A stretch of 64,000 nucleotides of DNA from positions 48,052,001-48,116,000 of the forward strand of contig CM052818.1 in the NCBI GenBank assembly GCA_028534125.1, given 5' to 3'. Of the stretch, positions 13,480 through 27,230 are shown in pieces. Source of the stretch: Lama glama. Taxonomy: Eukaryota. The notes beneath the pieces are model-generated. The model searched no databases and was not told the origin of the DNA. It worked only from the letters and a program-made list of their open reading frames with translations. Position 1 is the first letter of the stretch. The number at the start of each line of letters is the position of its first letter. Made by a program: the position numbers and the translations under genes.

Positions 13480-13568
13480 CTTTTTAAGGGTAGTCAGCTT
13501 ACAGCGTTGGGTCGGTTTCTGGTGTACAGCGTCATGTTTCAGCCACACGTATACATACATGTATTTCA
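13480..13568 (-). mobile_element. Short L1 3' tail, strongly GC-shifted
   Basis: Aligns gap-free over 75 nt with the L1 tail at 1574-1648 (59/75 identical). Confidence 0.8.
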
Positions 13569-16399
13569 GAATGTGGGGGTATCTTTCAGCTACCTAAGCT
13601 TGCTCTGCGGAGGCCAAGCTGTGTTCTTAAGGCTACTTGTTCTGCAGATGGAAGGTGAACAGTGGCTTTATTCTGCCTCTTTTCAGCTTAGGTTTACTGA
13701 AATTAATCAGTTGGTGATCCATTGCTGGGGTGTTTATCGTCTCGACACCGTGTGAAGCACATTTTTGCATCTCAATAGAAAGATTATGGCTCAAGAGAGG
13801 ATCTCCACAGGGACAGACTATATTCCAAACTGAAAGCGGGGGGTTTTGGTCATGGGATTTGGTTTCCTCTGATGCTACGAAAAGACGTTTGTGAGGACAG
13901 CAGCCCCTGTGCTTCTGGAACAAGACACTTAGCTCTCAACCAGGCTGGAGAATTTCAAAAATATCGCTGGTGTGGGATTCTGTGACCGCCAGCCAAGGCC
14001 AACATCTAGAATTTTATTGAATACGTCCACACTTTCTAAAACCTGTTTTTCTTTGTTGAAATGACTTTTAACCAAAATGTCACTTTTAAAAGCCAGTTTC
14101 AATGATCCATCCGTCATCAGGTTCGAATTGCAGATCCCGGAGTGCCTTTTCCGACAAACTAAGATAAATATATTCACCGAGAGCTCAGGACAGAGCTCGC
14201 AGGAAAGTCAAGGCAAAGGGCTAAAAAGTCTCAATACTGCATCTGTGACATAAATTTCCAGGGAAAATTCGTAAATTCAACCAACAACAATCTTACATTC
14301 TCATATTTCAGGGGATATTTAGGGATTTTAAATAATCTAGGAGTATCAGATCTGTGCTGCACTGGCAGACCTATAAAAATTGATGAGGGGAGACAAGAAA
14401 GAGCTTATCTATCCACGGCATATTTTAAATGCAATACATGTAATTTTTTAATGGAAGTTAGACTGTCCAAGATGTCAGTGAGTCATCATAGAAAGAGGCT
14501 GACGTGCACAGGATTTTAAAGTCAAATCTGCGAATTAGTTACTGTAGCCTCTTTAAAACAATTCAAGTAGAAAATATGCCATAAGATTGATTTTAGAACA
14601 AGTGTGTACACTGAGGTTCTAACATCTGAAGATGAACAAAAAAAGGAGATGTTTATCTTGCCAAATTGGAGACAGAGCTCTAAAACACTAATAAAAAAAT
14701 GGCAAGTTCCTAGTGTTATACACTCAAATTTGAATCTCTGTGCCCTCTAAGTACAGATATGTGTGATAGAAAATAACCATTTTTCCTTCTTTAATTACTT
14801 ACTCACCTGACTGTGAAAGGAAACCCTTGCGTTAATGAGCGGCAGCAGAGTGTAGCTGTGAAGTTCTATCCCGTAACCTAAAATCACTCCTTCCAAATAC
14901 ATCGTTGCTCTATTTACTGTTTTGTGTTCAACTAGTGTTTCCAAACTGTATTTCCTAGAACGTTGCTCTTACGAGGTGTTTGGTGAAAAGAGTAGCCATG
15001 TTCTTTTTTCTGTTGCTTACGTCCAACGTGATTTGATAACTGGAAATGAATTGCTGCAAGTAACAGGCTCTAAAATAGGGTCAGGTGAAGGAGGCAGGAT
15101 TTAGCTGGTAAGGAATCTTTTTTTCTTTTTTTTTTTTAATTTCTCCTGGACCAGACCATTGGGAGTCTTTCCTATGTCAAAGCAACACACTTGGCCAAAC
15201 TCTAGTCTGTGATGACCGCTGACGGTTGTATTAAGGGGCGTGGAGGGAAAAGTACCTGGGTTTTGGACTATGTTGGCTGCCCCTTGCAGTTGTCAATAAG
15301 AACCTACGCAAAGAAGTAATCTTAAGAAGGAAAAAGAAAAGCTCCATGACGTTCCAAAATAAGACCATCGTTGTCTATGAATGGTGTGATTCAACATTTT
15401 GTATCTGTTTTTATGGAAAACATTACGATAGTAATAGTAACCATCACCAGGTCGTGTAAATGTCTCCTCCAGTTCTTCCCCCAGCCCCTTACCCTCTCTA
15501 CCCCAATTTAGGGTTCTCTGCTGTGAAAAGTAAAATCATGCTCATCCTCATTGTTAAGATCCACCTGAGAAGCAGTCTGGATTCAAGAGGGATATTTTTT
15601 CACTCAAGGCCAGATTTTTCAAAATGGCTAAAGACAGGGGCCAAGATGAAATTAGCAAGTATTGCTCTAAGGCGTCAAGGGATGGACAGTGAGCAGAATA
15701 TTGTTGCTAGCAGACAGGAAAAGTCCACCCTCAAAACTCTGATCAGGAAATGTCTTAGGTTACAGTGCTAGGTAAGGTCCTTCGGGGAGATCTGAAGCTG
15801 TACTTACAGGGACCAGAGCTTGGCTAGAAGAGGCCTATGGTCACTCAACCTAAGACAACCTCTGTGCTGCAAAACTGCAACGATGGGGGATAGTTCCCCA
15901 AAGGAACACCTTCCATTGTCGGCAAAGATACGGCCACAGATGCAGTGGAGAAGGGATGTTGCTCCTGGAAGCTGGCCCAGAGCTCTCTAAGCAGGCAGAG
16001 TCCTTGCTGCAGTCACTCCTCGGTACGGGCTTGATGCTCCAGGTCAGTGACCAGTACTCCCCTTTCCAAATAGGAGGCTTGGGGTTGTTTATAGTTACCC
16101 TATTTTTTTCCCCATCATGCATGTGAACTGTCCCAGTGATCCATCATTTATTATAATCAGGGGTCTCTAGGCATTAGGACCTAATGAAGAAAGCACAGCA
16201 CCGAAGTGCCCTAGACTTCCAACCGGACCTAGTGAATAAGGCTTCGGGTGGCCTAAGTTTTGAAAAGAGATGAGTGCCTTTGTCTAGGTGTGTAAGCCTT
16301 CCTGGAAGGGAGTGTGTGCAAAGCAGCAGGTGTGGGAATCCTGGGGGAGTAACAGGACAGACTTTGGTGGACATTGTTACTTGATGCGGCAAACACTTC

Positions 16400-16895
16400 C
16401 TCTTTCTCCCTTCCAACCAGAACCTCAACTTGCTTTTAGAATCTACTCATTTTCATAAGATCTCGTGTGTCCCCAAGGAAGGTGTCCTTGGAGTGAGCTA
16501 GACTGATTGAAGGATAATTCCACTTCACTAACTAGTAGGAGGAACAGGCATGAGACCCAGTGTGGGCCAGTGATGACAGCCAGGAATCCTTATGGGTGCT
16601 TCTGGGGGGTCTCTCTTTATCTTGCTAGGACCTCCTGGAAGTGACCTCTCCTGGATTTCTTGTGGTGGTGTGTTACGTAAACACAAGGCTAAAGACGACG
16701 TCAGCTGTCTTGCTACCAGCTTACTGGCCGACAGAAAGGGACAAAGATGAAGACATCTTGAACCAGAGCTACTGGATCAGGTTAATGTGGAAACCCACCT
16801 TACATTTCAGTTTCACACTGTGCCACTTCTCATGGCAGAAGCCTGCTTGAATTCGTTTTACTGTTATTTGGAGACAAAAGTATTGCAAGTGATAG
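16400..16895 (+). mobile_element. Old MLT1-family LTR remnant
   Basis: MaLR-like internal motifs and 3' end 'ttttactgttatttggagacaaaagtatt...gtgata'. Confidence 0.45.
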
Positions 16896-17427
16896 GGCTT
16901 AAGTGAGACAACTGTCCCCACAGGAGCCTCAGGTGGTTAGTGGACGCATTGAGGGGAAGGAAGTAAGAGCGTAAGAGCATCACCAGGGAGGGAACAGCAC
17001 AAGGAGGGCAGGCAGGGCGACGGAGGGGCAGGGGTGTGCCTTTAGCCGCCCCGCCTTAGTCCTTGTGCAAAGCGTCAGAAGGTTAGAATCACATAATCTC
17101 AGCGTGGAAAGCCCTAAAATGTGGCCAGTAAACTGGCACTAGTTTAAATACACTGTTTAAACATGGTTAAATGCACTGGTAGTATGTTTTTAAATCCATG
17201 TTTCAAGTATTTTTTATTCTATTAAGTCAGTTTCCATTTTTGTTTGGGCTTTTTTTGGTGCTTTTAAATTGAATGTTATAATGTTTTATGCTTAATTTCT
17301 TCATTTGGCAAAATAAGAAAGTATACAATCACATCAGCTAGCTCTAATTTTATGATATATGGAATTTCACTGGTTTGGGAAACTCACGGCTAGGTATTAC
17401 CGCACGAGTTTGACATCCTTTACTCAT

Positions 17428-17828
17428 TGTGATGGTTTAATTTTATGTGTCAACCTGCCTAGGCTAGGGTGCCTAGTAGATTGCCCAAACACCAGTCTAG
17501 ATGTTGTTTTGAAGGTTTTTTTTCCTATGTGATTAACATTTAAATCATTAGATATTGAGTAAAGCAGATTACACTTCATTGTGTGAGTGGGCCTTATCCA
17601 ATCAGTTGAAGGTCTTAGAGAAGAGACTGAGATTCCCCTAAGAGAAAGGGATTCTGCCCTTAGACCTGCTTTGGGCCCAAGACTGCAGCATAAACCCCCG
17701 CCAAAGTCAGCTCCTGCCAGAATGCCCAGCCTGTTGGTTCTCCCCTTTAGATTTCAGACTTGCCATCTCACACAATCACGAGGCAATTCTTTAAAATAAA
17801 TTTCTTTTTATATATATATATATGTATA

Positions 17829-17899
<71 letters not shown>

Positions 17900-17969
17900 C
17901 ACATATACACACACACACACACACACATACACACAGGTTCTGTTTCCCTGGAAAAGTCTGACTAATAAA
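17428..17969 (+). mobile_element. MLT2 (ERVL) solo LTR
   Basis: 5' 'tgtgatggtttaattttatgtgtcaac', core 'gggccttatccaatcagttgaagg', 3' 'ttctgtttccctgg...ctgactaata'. Confidence 0.9.
17808..17935. repeat. Compound microsatellite (TA)n-(TC)n-(TA)n-(CA)n inside MLT2
   Basis: Read directly from the sequence. Confidence 0.95.
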
Positions 17970-18798
17970 TTGATTCTTGAATATTCATTCTATTAACTAA
18001 TGTCATTTAAGTCCTTACCAAGTGAAAAACACTCCACTCAAGACAACTGGAATAGAAAAATCGTGTGCATTCTAGTGTCAACACGTGCCGTGTGATGCGA
18101 CGTGAACTGCAGAGGTGAAGACAAGCTTCTATTTCCTGCTAGACAAAGGCTCCAGACAAGTCAGGAGTGCATCCTCAGAGGAGGTGACTGAGCTAGGCTT
18201 TGAAGGATGAGAGACGTCTATCAGATGGGGGAGGAAAGGAAATTCTTCTCAAGAGTAAACGTGTATGTTGAACCTCCGTTGAAGTGTCTCCCGTGTGATC
18301 GGCCGTCACTAACTGCAGCCACCCCAGTGACAGCTCCCGTGACAAGCAACTTCTTTTCAGCTGGACTGAGAACCTCCTTGCCTAACGTCTTCCAGTCTGG
18401 TTCTGGTCTTGTCTCGAGCACGTGCTGGGCACGTGGCTTTGGAGTGGCCGTGCCTTCCTCCAGAGATTCACCTTCCTCATCTGTAAACGCGAGTAAACCG
18501 CTTACCTTATGAAGCTATAGTGAATGCTAAATCAGACGTGTATTTAAAATGCCTAGAAAACATTAGGTCATTGAAAAATGTTAGTTTATTTCACTTCATT
18601 CTAGTGCTCCTTCTGGGGTCAGACAGAGCAAATCTATTTCAAATCTATAGAAGAACCTTTCATAAAATGGTGTATTTATGAAGAGAAATGGGAAAATGGA
18701 TTAAAACCCAATGTTATATAACATTAATAACTTACATAAAATATAATTATTGCATATATTATTAACATTTTATTAATACATTGATATTAATATACTGT

Positions 18799-18830
<32 letters not shown>
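18799..18830. repeat. (TG)n(TA)n microsatellite
   Basis: Read directly from the sequence. Confidence 0.9.
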
Positions 18831-19429
18831 GAATAAAAATGAATACAGTTAACAACATTTTTCTGTCTGAATATGATACTGCCCAGGGTGTGAGCCTGAT
18901 AACAAGACAGATTCGTATAAAATTATGAAATCATTAAAACAAACACAAACCTCGCTTTCTATCTCAGTTCAGTGAATGACGCCTATTGGCAGATGGTGTC
19001 TTTTTCACTCACAATCAAAACTACTTACATTTAGAGCCCTCCTTGCCTTATGCTGAGGAAGAAGCAAGTATGTTTCCCTCTTGATGCCACAAAAATTTGT
19101 ATTTTAGAAAAAAAATGCCTTTTTTAACATTAGCAGTCGATTATTCTAAAAGGTACAAATTACTCAAATCATCTCTAATCTTCCTAAGATTAAACAGTCA
19201 CAAGCTGGTCAGAGAAAATGAGAAAACTTAAATCTACAAAGTCTGATTTGTGGACAGTACTCTATAGAATTAGTGATTTTCATTTTTTTAACAGGTTGAG
19301 GCATCGGCAAATAAAGATTAAAAAAAAGGCAGCTGGAACTCCCCTTCTTAACAATGTCCTCGATGGGTAGCGACCTCTCACCCGCTCATTAGGGCATCCT
19401 AGAATGTGTGCCTGTAAAACATCTGCCTA

Positions 19430-19627
19430 ACGAACACACAGACACACAGTGCAGAGTTACCAGAGGAGGAGGGGGGCGCAAAACGGGTGAAGGGGCTCAA
19501 CTTGATGGTGATGGGTGGAAATGAAATTTTTGGTGGTGAGCACGTGGCAGCATACACAGAAGTAGAAATATGCTGTATGTCTAAAACTTATGTAATGTTG
19601 TAAATCAAAGTTACCTCAATGAAAATA
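19430..19627 (+). mobile_element. L1 3' end fragment (older subfamily)
   Basis: 'gttaccagagg...gggtgaagggg...tggtggtgagcac...taaatcaaagttacctcaatgaaaa' L1 3'UTR pattern. Confidence 0.7.
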
Positions 19628-21097
19628 TCGTTCATGCCATAAATACATTTTCTAATGCCCTTAGGGAATATTTACATTTCAGACTTAAATTTTTAAAATT
19701 TTACTTACCTTAGTCTTTAGTCAATTCTTGAAGGTTTCTTAAACTTGAACCATATTATTTCTGAAGTTTTAAAATACAAACAAACCAGAATTTACATTTT
19801 ACTGGCACCCTACTGATAAATTCTAGTGATAACTACACACATACACAGACACAACATATTACATACTTTGTACATATATACCTAAATATATATACATATA
19901 TATGTATAAATGTACATCGAATAGTGTCCCTAGGAAATTTCAACAAATTGCTATTCATTTGTGTTTTCAAACCATAAAACCTGTATCAGTATCTTTCCAG
20001 TGTCACCCTTGGGGTTTCTTTTCATTGTCACCCTTCACTGAGCAAAGGAGCACATTTTAAGTGCATTTATACAATATGGATTTGCATTTAAATTTTGAAA
20101 GGCCGTTTTAAAGACAGAGTCACACTAGAGACGATCAGCACTTCTAACAGATGATCATGGTGAATCTGGGTTGTTTCTGATGGTTTAATTGGCTTCCAAA
20201 TGGTAAATGTGCTCATTTTACTCAAGTGACTATTGAAGAAAATGAGTCCTAGGATTTGCCTGGACCAGGAATGGCGGCCACGGTACGTCTGTTATCTCTT
20301 TGTGGCACAGCTCTTAATAGACTAGTTTGGAAAGATTTTACGCTTTTCTTTTGGGTTCATATGCAAACCATATTAACTTGAATCTCAGAGCACAAACCAG
20401 GTGAAACTTTTCACTATTAAAAATTTAATTTGAAATACAAACTGTTTTTAGTAGGCAGCAGGGTATTAAATTCTTTAATTTTCATAGTCAAATAAGCAAA
20501 ACAAGTAAACATAAAACTCCTGGTTTAAAAACACCCGAACATCCGTGGAGATTCCCGCAGAAGCAGCAGTCACCTGGAAATGGTCTGTTTCACTGATTTG
20601 TCTTTTCAAGATAATGCGTGAATTTTCTCAGACAGAGGGTGTTATCAATAACGTAGAGGGGAGGGCTCTAATTGTTAGCAGACACCAGGCTGCAATTGCT
20701 TACCTGGGAGCCTGGGCAGACTTCCAGATATTAATTCCTGTGTTTTGGAACCTACCCCCCAACCCTTCTGTGAGTTCTGGTGTAGCATTCTGTGTTCAAA
20801 CACTTTACTTATTCATTTTTAATTTTTTTAGCTTTTAATTTTTATTTCTGCAGGAAAACATACCCACATCCGCCCTGAGAGAGATGAATAAGGACTATAC
20901 ATAGTCTCAGGCAAGCTGAGGTCAGGTGTTGCTGTCAAATGGGTTCCAAAATGTCCTTTACATTTTCAGACTTTTTTGAAGTTAGGACCCTGAATAAAGC
21001 ATCATGTCGTATACTCATGACAGGACTGATCCACCGCACCTCAGGATGTCTCTGAAGAGAGGAGGCCCTGCCATGAGGTGGTCTCAGCCCTGCCTGG

Positions 21098-21295
21098 ACA
21101 GTGATTCCTAAAGCAGAGATACACACTGGGATCATCTGTGGAGGCCACCCTGCACCCCTACTCCTAGTAACTGTCCCTGAACTCAACTCCAAAGTCACTG
21201 AGCCAGAAACTCGCGGGAATGGACCTGGGGACATGTAGCTGAAGGAAACACTTAGGACTCTATGTGCACCTCTGAAGCTGGTAGACGTGGTCTCC
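21098..21295. mobile_element. MER5-like hAT MITE remnant
   Basis: Starts 'cagtgattcctaaa'; internal 'gatcatctgtggagg' and 'cagaaactc...ggacctgggg'. Confidence 0.4.
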
Positions 21296-21959
21296 ATACA
21301 CAACAAACCCCAAGTCTCAGCCTGGGTGAATAAATTGAGCTCATCCCATGATAGTATGGAGCCTGACATGCTCCATTAATGCACACATATCTTTTGTCGA
21401 AACTATATATTATTAAGAATTTCCAGTCTCTTTAGGGAACATTTTTATTTGAAGATGTCATGGAAGCACACACGCTCAAGTATTTGTTTGGTGCAAACAG
21501 AACCAAGGAAAGAAGGACAAATGAGGCCATCACAAAGCCATTCAGTTAGAATGCAGTAGTGCCCTGATCAACACCCACGGGATCTGCTTTCTCTAACTGT
21601 TGGAACTTGGTGGTAGTAATAATAACAGTAATAAACAATAGTAATTGAAACTGAAAGGATATTTAAACAACCAAAGATTTAATTACTTCAGTGAATGATT
21701 AACATGAAATTATAATGTTGTACTCACCGTAACGTATCTTCTCAATGGGAGAGAGCAGGATGAGAGCAAGAAATCTGTAGAAGGGATATCAGAAACTTGA
21801 AGTGTAAGGTTGTCACAATTACGTCAGCAAAGGATTGTGAAAGCCTGAGGACTAAACATAGTTATGGGGAAGGAGACATTATGCATAAATAAATGCTTTG
21901 GAGCAAATCCAAGGGGCAGAGCTGACCTGGCACCTGGCTAAGGAGGTGGTCTAGGGTAC

Positions 21960-22200
21960 TGGATAAAAGGGAGGGCTCTAGAATCAGACAGTCTGGGTTC
22001 AGATCTTGGCTTTTCCACATGTACTTGTGTAATCACAGGAAAATTGTTATCATGGTAAACTTTAGTTTTCTCTCTTTAAATGGGTAATGGTAATAGTTGA
22101 TGAACCTGTCTCAGAAGGCAGCTTTGAGGAGTGAATGCAAATGTAGATTGACAATCCTCAGTCAAAATCAGGTGTGTAGGAATGTAAATATCTTTGCCCC
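21960..22200 (+). mobile_element. MIR SINE
   Basis: 'ggctctagaatcagacagtctgggttcagatcttggc...ttagttttctctctttaaatgggtaatggtaatag'. Confidence 0.75.
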
Positions 22201-22261
22201 TTAACTTAGTTTAATTTTGACTGTATGCTTGTATTCAGCAAACATATTAAAAACTTAATCT

Positions 22262-22390
22262 CTAAATGAAAAAGACATGAAAAAATATACATACATAAAA
22301 ACACTGAATCACTATACTGTGTGCTGGAAACTAACACAATATTGGAAATCAACTATGCTTAAAAAAAAAAAACTAAAAAAATTGGTTAAA
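22262..22390 (+). mobile_element. Short L1 3' tail with poly-A and TSD
   Basis: 'ctgaatcactatactgt...aaatcaactatgctt' plus A tail; TSD aaaaMcttaatct at 22249-22261 and 22391-22403; TT|AAAA endonuclease site. Confidence 0.85.
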
Positions 22391-23139
22391 AAAACCTTAA
22401 TCTTGTGAGAGTTGCATCTAATTTCTGCCAGCTTTAGGAAGTCCCACAGAGGCAGGAGTGCAAGATTGTCTGATCCTTGGCCACCTTCCTCTGTACTGGC
22501 ATCTACTTGCAATACCCTTATTCCCACTTGGTCTTCTGGGCTCTGTTGTGCTCTTTCTTGTTCCCTGCAGGGATTTACTTAAATGTTATTAACTCTTTTT
22601 GTCATATCCATGCTTTTTTTTTTCAAAAAAGAGAAAGCATTCTTTATTTTCTAGACCTTTAGATGCTATGAAAAACTATTCTCTTTGGACATTGATTATT
22701 CTCTGGGTTGATTTTGCTGTTCTCTGAGGCTCTCAGGGTCATCTGCTAAATCTAAACACACTACAGGCCATTTATTCCGCTCTCAATTTTCTGGGGGCAA
22801 GGGATTCATGGTTCTTGCTCCTGCTTGGTTTTACTAAGGGCCGAAACATGCGGCCACTTTTCTATTAGTCATTCAAACCAATTTTTTCATTCTGCAACCA
22901 AAACTTAACATAGAGGGGGAGAAGGAAGGCAGTGGGGTCACTGTGCAGGGAACAGCCAGCATTTAGCTTCTTTACTTTCCCTCTGAATTGCTCTTCTCCT
23001 ATGGACCCCAGAATCCTTGACTTGTCTAGTATCCAGGGGAGTGGGAGGTGGTTCTGGCTGATCACATGATCCCTCTGCCCAGAGTTCCACTGGAATGTGA
23101 GATTTTGAAATATAGAAAAAGAGATTGTACCAAAAAATA

Positions 23140-24470
23140 TTCACTCACCATCATTTTTAGGGAGAAACTTTGAACTTTTTTTTTTTTTAAGTTTAGAAAG
23201 AAATCAAGAGTACTTAATGCTTGGAACATCTGAACAAATAATAAGACAAGAAAAATAGATGTGAATAAAAGTAATTAAAAAGAAAGAGAAAATAGATTAT
23301 TATTTGCAGATAACACAATTATGTGTATAGAAAACCCAGGACAATAAATGAAAGTATTAATAGAACCGATAAGTTTCAGCAATTTTGGCCTGATGTAACA
23401 TCATCATACAAAATTCATAAGCGTCCCTCTTAATGGTGATAATAGGCCAGGAAATGCAGTATTAAACATCAGCCCAGGCACAAGAGCAGCAAAATATATG
23501 AAATATCTAAGGACTAGCAAATAATGCACAAGATCTCAAAAGAATATTCAAGACAACATAGGATAAAAGCACAAGAAAACTATTTGCACGTAGAAGATCA
23601 TATAACATTATAAAGATGTAAACAATTCCCAAATTAACATCTAAATTCAACGTAATATCTTTCAAAATCCCAGCAGGATATAGAGGAATTGGATGAGCTG
23701 ATTCCAAGATGTAAATAGTAGGACAAGTAGCTTGGAAAAAAAAAATCAAAAGTAAGGAAAGCATCCAGCCAATTATTAAGAAGCAGCACAAGGTCTCAGT
23801 TCAACACACATAAGCAAACAGACGATCAATGGTATCGTTTTGTGGAAGGACAGATCAACAGAGCAAAACACGCCACAAAGCAGGATATGATACGTGTGGC
23901 ATCAGACATGACTATGAAAGCAATCAGCTATTTAGTAAAACGGTGTTTCACAAACTGGTTTGAGATATGGAGTAACATAAAGTTATGTTCCTTCTTTATA
24001 TCTTTTGTTAACTCCAAGTAAATAAGTGCTTAAATTGAAAGGGAAAATTAAAAAGAAAAAACAAATAAAAGAAAGTCAAGGAGACTATGTTTTTATAATC
24101 TCAGGATAAAGAAGAGCCTCTTAAACTAAAAGTGAAATACATTAATCTTTGGGCGGGTATGATGTACGGACACGAGTGCACAAAAAGTAATAAAACATAA
24201 GACAAAGTTAACTGACTGGGGAAGAATACGTTTCTCTTGCCTGAACAAACAAGGAACTCTATGTAAAGTAGCAGAGTGACCCTTCAAATCAGCAAGCAGA
24301 AACTTGAAACCCAGCGGAAGCGTGAGGAGGGTATGCAGGTAAGCAATGCAGAGGGGAAAAACCAGCGGAGACATATTCCAAGACCTTTTATTTCACTAAA
24401 TCATAGAAATGCGAATTAAAACAACAGTTTTACCACCGTAGAGTTGGCAGAATTTAGTCAATTGGCCCTC
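23140..24470 (+). mobile_element. Ancient L1 ORF2 remnant
   Basis: 'ttatttgcagataacacaattatgtgtatagaaaaccc' (LFADDMI-like RT motif region), followed by collinear ORF2 motifs; many stops. Confidence 0.75.
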
Positions 24471-24905
24471 AGTGAGTGGATGTGGGGATGGGGGTCCCTC
24501 GCAATGACATGGGGCAGCGTAAGCTGGAACGTTCTCAGGACACAAGACTCAAGTTTGGCATGGATATAGGTTGGGTGGAATCATGATAAAAGGTGAAAAC
24601 TAATAATGATGGAAGTGGAAGGAGAACAGGAAAGTGGGTTCTTGCGAGACCCGTGATCTGGTTCTGTGAACGAAGATGCAAGAATAACTGAAGTGTGCAC
24701 CTGAAGGGCGAGGGCTGTGGAGGACTTTAAAGGAGGAAGAGAAACACAGGCTTCAGGAAGAGTCTTCTGTTTTGGAGAGAGTGTGCTGGCCTGAGAGCCC
24801 CACCCATGGCGGTGGTGGGCGCCTGCGTTTTCTACCTCCTTTCCCAGGAGGAAGCGCCCATGTGAAAACCCTGAGCATAAGTTTGGTCTGAATATCTGTG
24901 GTTTT

Positions 24906-25221
24906 CTGCCTCAGTCACTTTGGGCTGCTGTAACAGCATCGCACAGACTGGGTGGCATATAAACGCCAGAAATGTATGTCTCACAGTTTGGAGGCTGGAT
25001 GTCTGAGATCAGTGCCAGCCTGGTTGGGTGAGGGTCCTTTCCCAGATGGCAGACTTCTTGGCTCCTCACCTGGTGGGAGAGGCAGGGGAGCATTCTGGGG
25101 CCTCTTTAATAAGGAAACTAATTCCACTCATAACCTAATTGCCCTGAAAAGCCCCATCTTCTAACACGAGCATTAGGATTTAAACACGAATCTGGGGGGA
25201 CACAAATATTCAGAGCATAGC
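24906..25221 (-). mobile_element. MLT1A/MST-type MaLR LTR
   Basis: 'tttgggctgctgtaaca...cacagactgggtggc...tctcacagtttggaggctgg...ggggacacaaatattcag'. Confidence 0.85.
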
Positions 25222-25980
25222 GGTATCTGTTTCAGGCAGATGCCTCCAATGCTAACAGAAACCTGAGCTCAAACCAGAAATCTAACCTAAAGCCTCGGCA
25301 AGGAGCTGGAAGTTCATAAGTAAGAAAAGCTCTAGTGATTGGCTCAGTTCAGGGGTCTGGTTCTACTTCTTGGTCAATGTCTTGAGTTACCCTTCAGAGT
25401 GTGAAGGCTTTACCTTCAGCCAGTGGCTGCCGCTGTTCTGGGTATCAGGCCACCGACAGAGGATCCATGTGAAGAGACATCAGCGCCCCTTCCCTTTGGC
25501 ACATCTTCTTTTGTTGCATTTGCTGTGATTGGTGTATGTGCTCATTACAGAACCAATCCTGATGGCGTGAAGGACGCCATCCATCCCCAGCTTAGCCTTG
25601 TCTTCCTCGCTCACTGACACGGAGGGATGGGATCACCAGGATCACCTGTAATCTGTTATCGCTGTCTGCTGGATCTGGAGTCTTTCTTCAAACCACACAG
25701 CTGAAATACCTTGGGGACACAGAAACTTACAAAATTCACCATAAAGGGCCCAGGAGAGAACCAGGCACTCCAGCAACCAAGCCTGAAGTTTAGAAAGAAG
25801 TCACATTTGGGGCTTCATATTTGGGAGTCCTTAGTGTGTGTTTGCTACGTAGTAGGAAGTCAAGTCTACGAGCACAGAACCCCATACAGAATTCACATTT
25901 AAGGGGCAGCGTGGAAGGGAAGGACGGTTGGAAAATTACGTGAGCATTATTCTCTGGAGAGGATGCCGATGTTGAAAAAC

Positions 25981-26160
25981 ATTGCTTTTCAGATCGTGGT
26001 CCAAAGACTTGCATCAGAATCACCAGGCATCCTTGTAAAAATTCGGATTCCTGAGTCCCAACTCAGGACTTCACAGAGTCAAACACTCTTAGGAGTGGAG
26101 CTCAGTCAGCTGTCTTTTTAACCAGAGCCCCAGGTGGACCCGAGACAGGCTAAGCGGGAA
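25981..26160. mobile_element. MER5A/B-like hAT MITE
   Basis: 'gcatcagaatcacc...ttgtaaaaattcggattcctgagtccca...tttttaaccagagccccaggtg'. Confidence 0.7.
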
Positions 26161-26994
26161 GGTCTCCCCAACCAGGAGAGCCCTCAGAAGATGCCCCTCC
26201 ACTCCTAACACCTTGTGATTCCAGAAAGGGGAGAATACGGTTTTCTAGGTACATTTTTCCTCGTGGTTTATGAATGTAGCCCTGGTTCCAGTCTCTTTAG
26301 GCCCCAACTATGTTTAAAGTAGGCAAACTGATCTCTTATTCCAGGAAAACTGCACATAAAAAGGGTCATATGGCTTCTTTGACATCAAATAGTTTTTTAA
26401 CATAACAAACTGTTTTGATAAATTGAGTGCCTCCAAATCAAAGCCATCTGGGCGGTGCTTGGACTGCGAGGGCAGAAGGCGTGCGGGTAATTGGCCAAGA
26501 GTTCAAACAGTCGAGTAATTCTAGGAGGCAGATGGCCAGGTCTGAAGGGCCCAGCTCGTCCGTCTGCAGACGCCATTACGAACTCTTATTACTGTTAAAT
26601 ACTTCGGTTGCCCATTCATCAGAAGACTAAAGCGTAATGAGACTAAAATGAATGTTCCAGTGTTACTTAGAGAAGAGAATTATGCTCCTTTATAGTGAAA
26701 TGTCTATTAGGTCGTGCATAAAAATGGGTAGATTTAATGTTTTACAGAAAGAGGGGCACATCGCTCTCCCTCTCAGCGCATGTAAGTGTGTGAGAGCTGT
26801 GAGGTAGACCAGTGCACCACCGCGTCACATGAGAAGGTCTAGGTGATTGAGGCGACTCAGTCTTTGACTGACAGAGGGGCTGCTTGGTCTGGAACCCCAC
26901 ATTTCAACCTGCCTGCAAGAGCTGCATTTTTTTAAAAGAAAATACATCAGTCAATGTGCCACACTTTCATTGACTGCATCCTGCAGATTAACCG

Positions 26995-27230
26995 TATAGT
27001 GTGTGGTGCAGATTCTGGAGTCCCCTGCCTCGGTGTACGTATTACTAACTACTGGGAAACTCTGGAAAAACTACTTAACTCCTTCTTTTTTTAATTCCTC
27101 ATCTGAAAAAATGAAGATAATGACATGTCTGTCATACGATTGATCTGAGAATTAAGCAAATGAATACATACAAATCTCTTAGGATAAAGCCTTGTGCATA
27201 CAAAGCCATCAACAAATATTAGATGTGTTT
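26995..27230 (+). mobile_element. MIR SINE
   Basis: 'attctggagtccc...acttaac...ttcctcatctgaaaaaatgaagataat...gagaattaagc'. Confidence 0.75.

Noticed and set aside
14801..14880. Minus-strand exon-like segment with a perfect CAG|GTGAGT donor; one open frame (YGIELHSYTLLPLINARVSFHSQ)
   Set aside because: Weak acceptor, unrecognised peptide, and no partner coding exons found.
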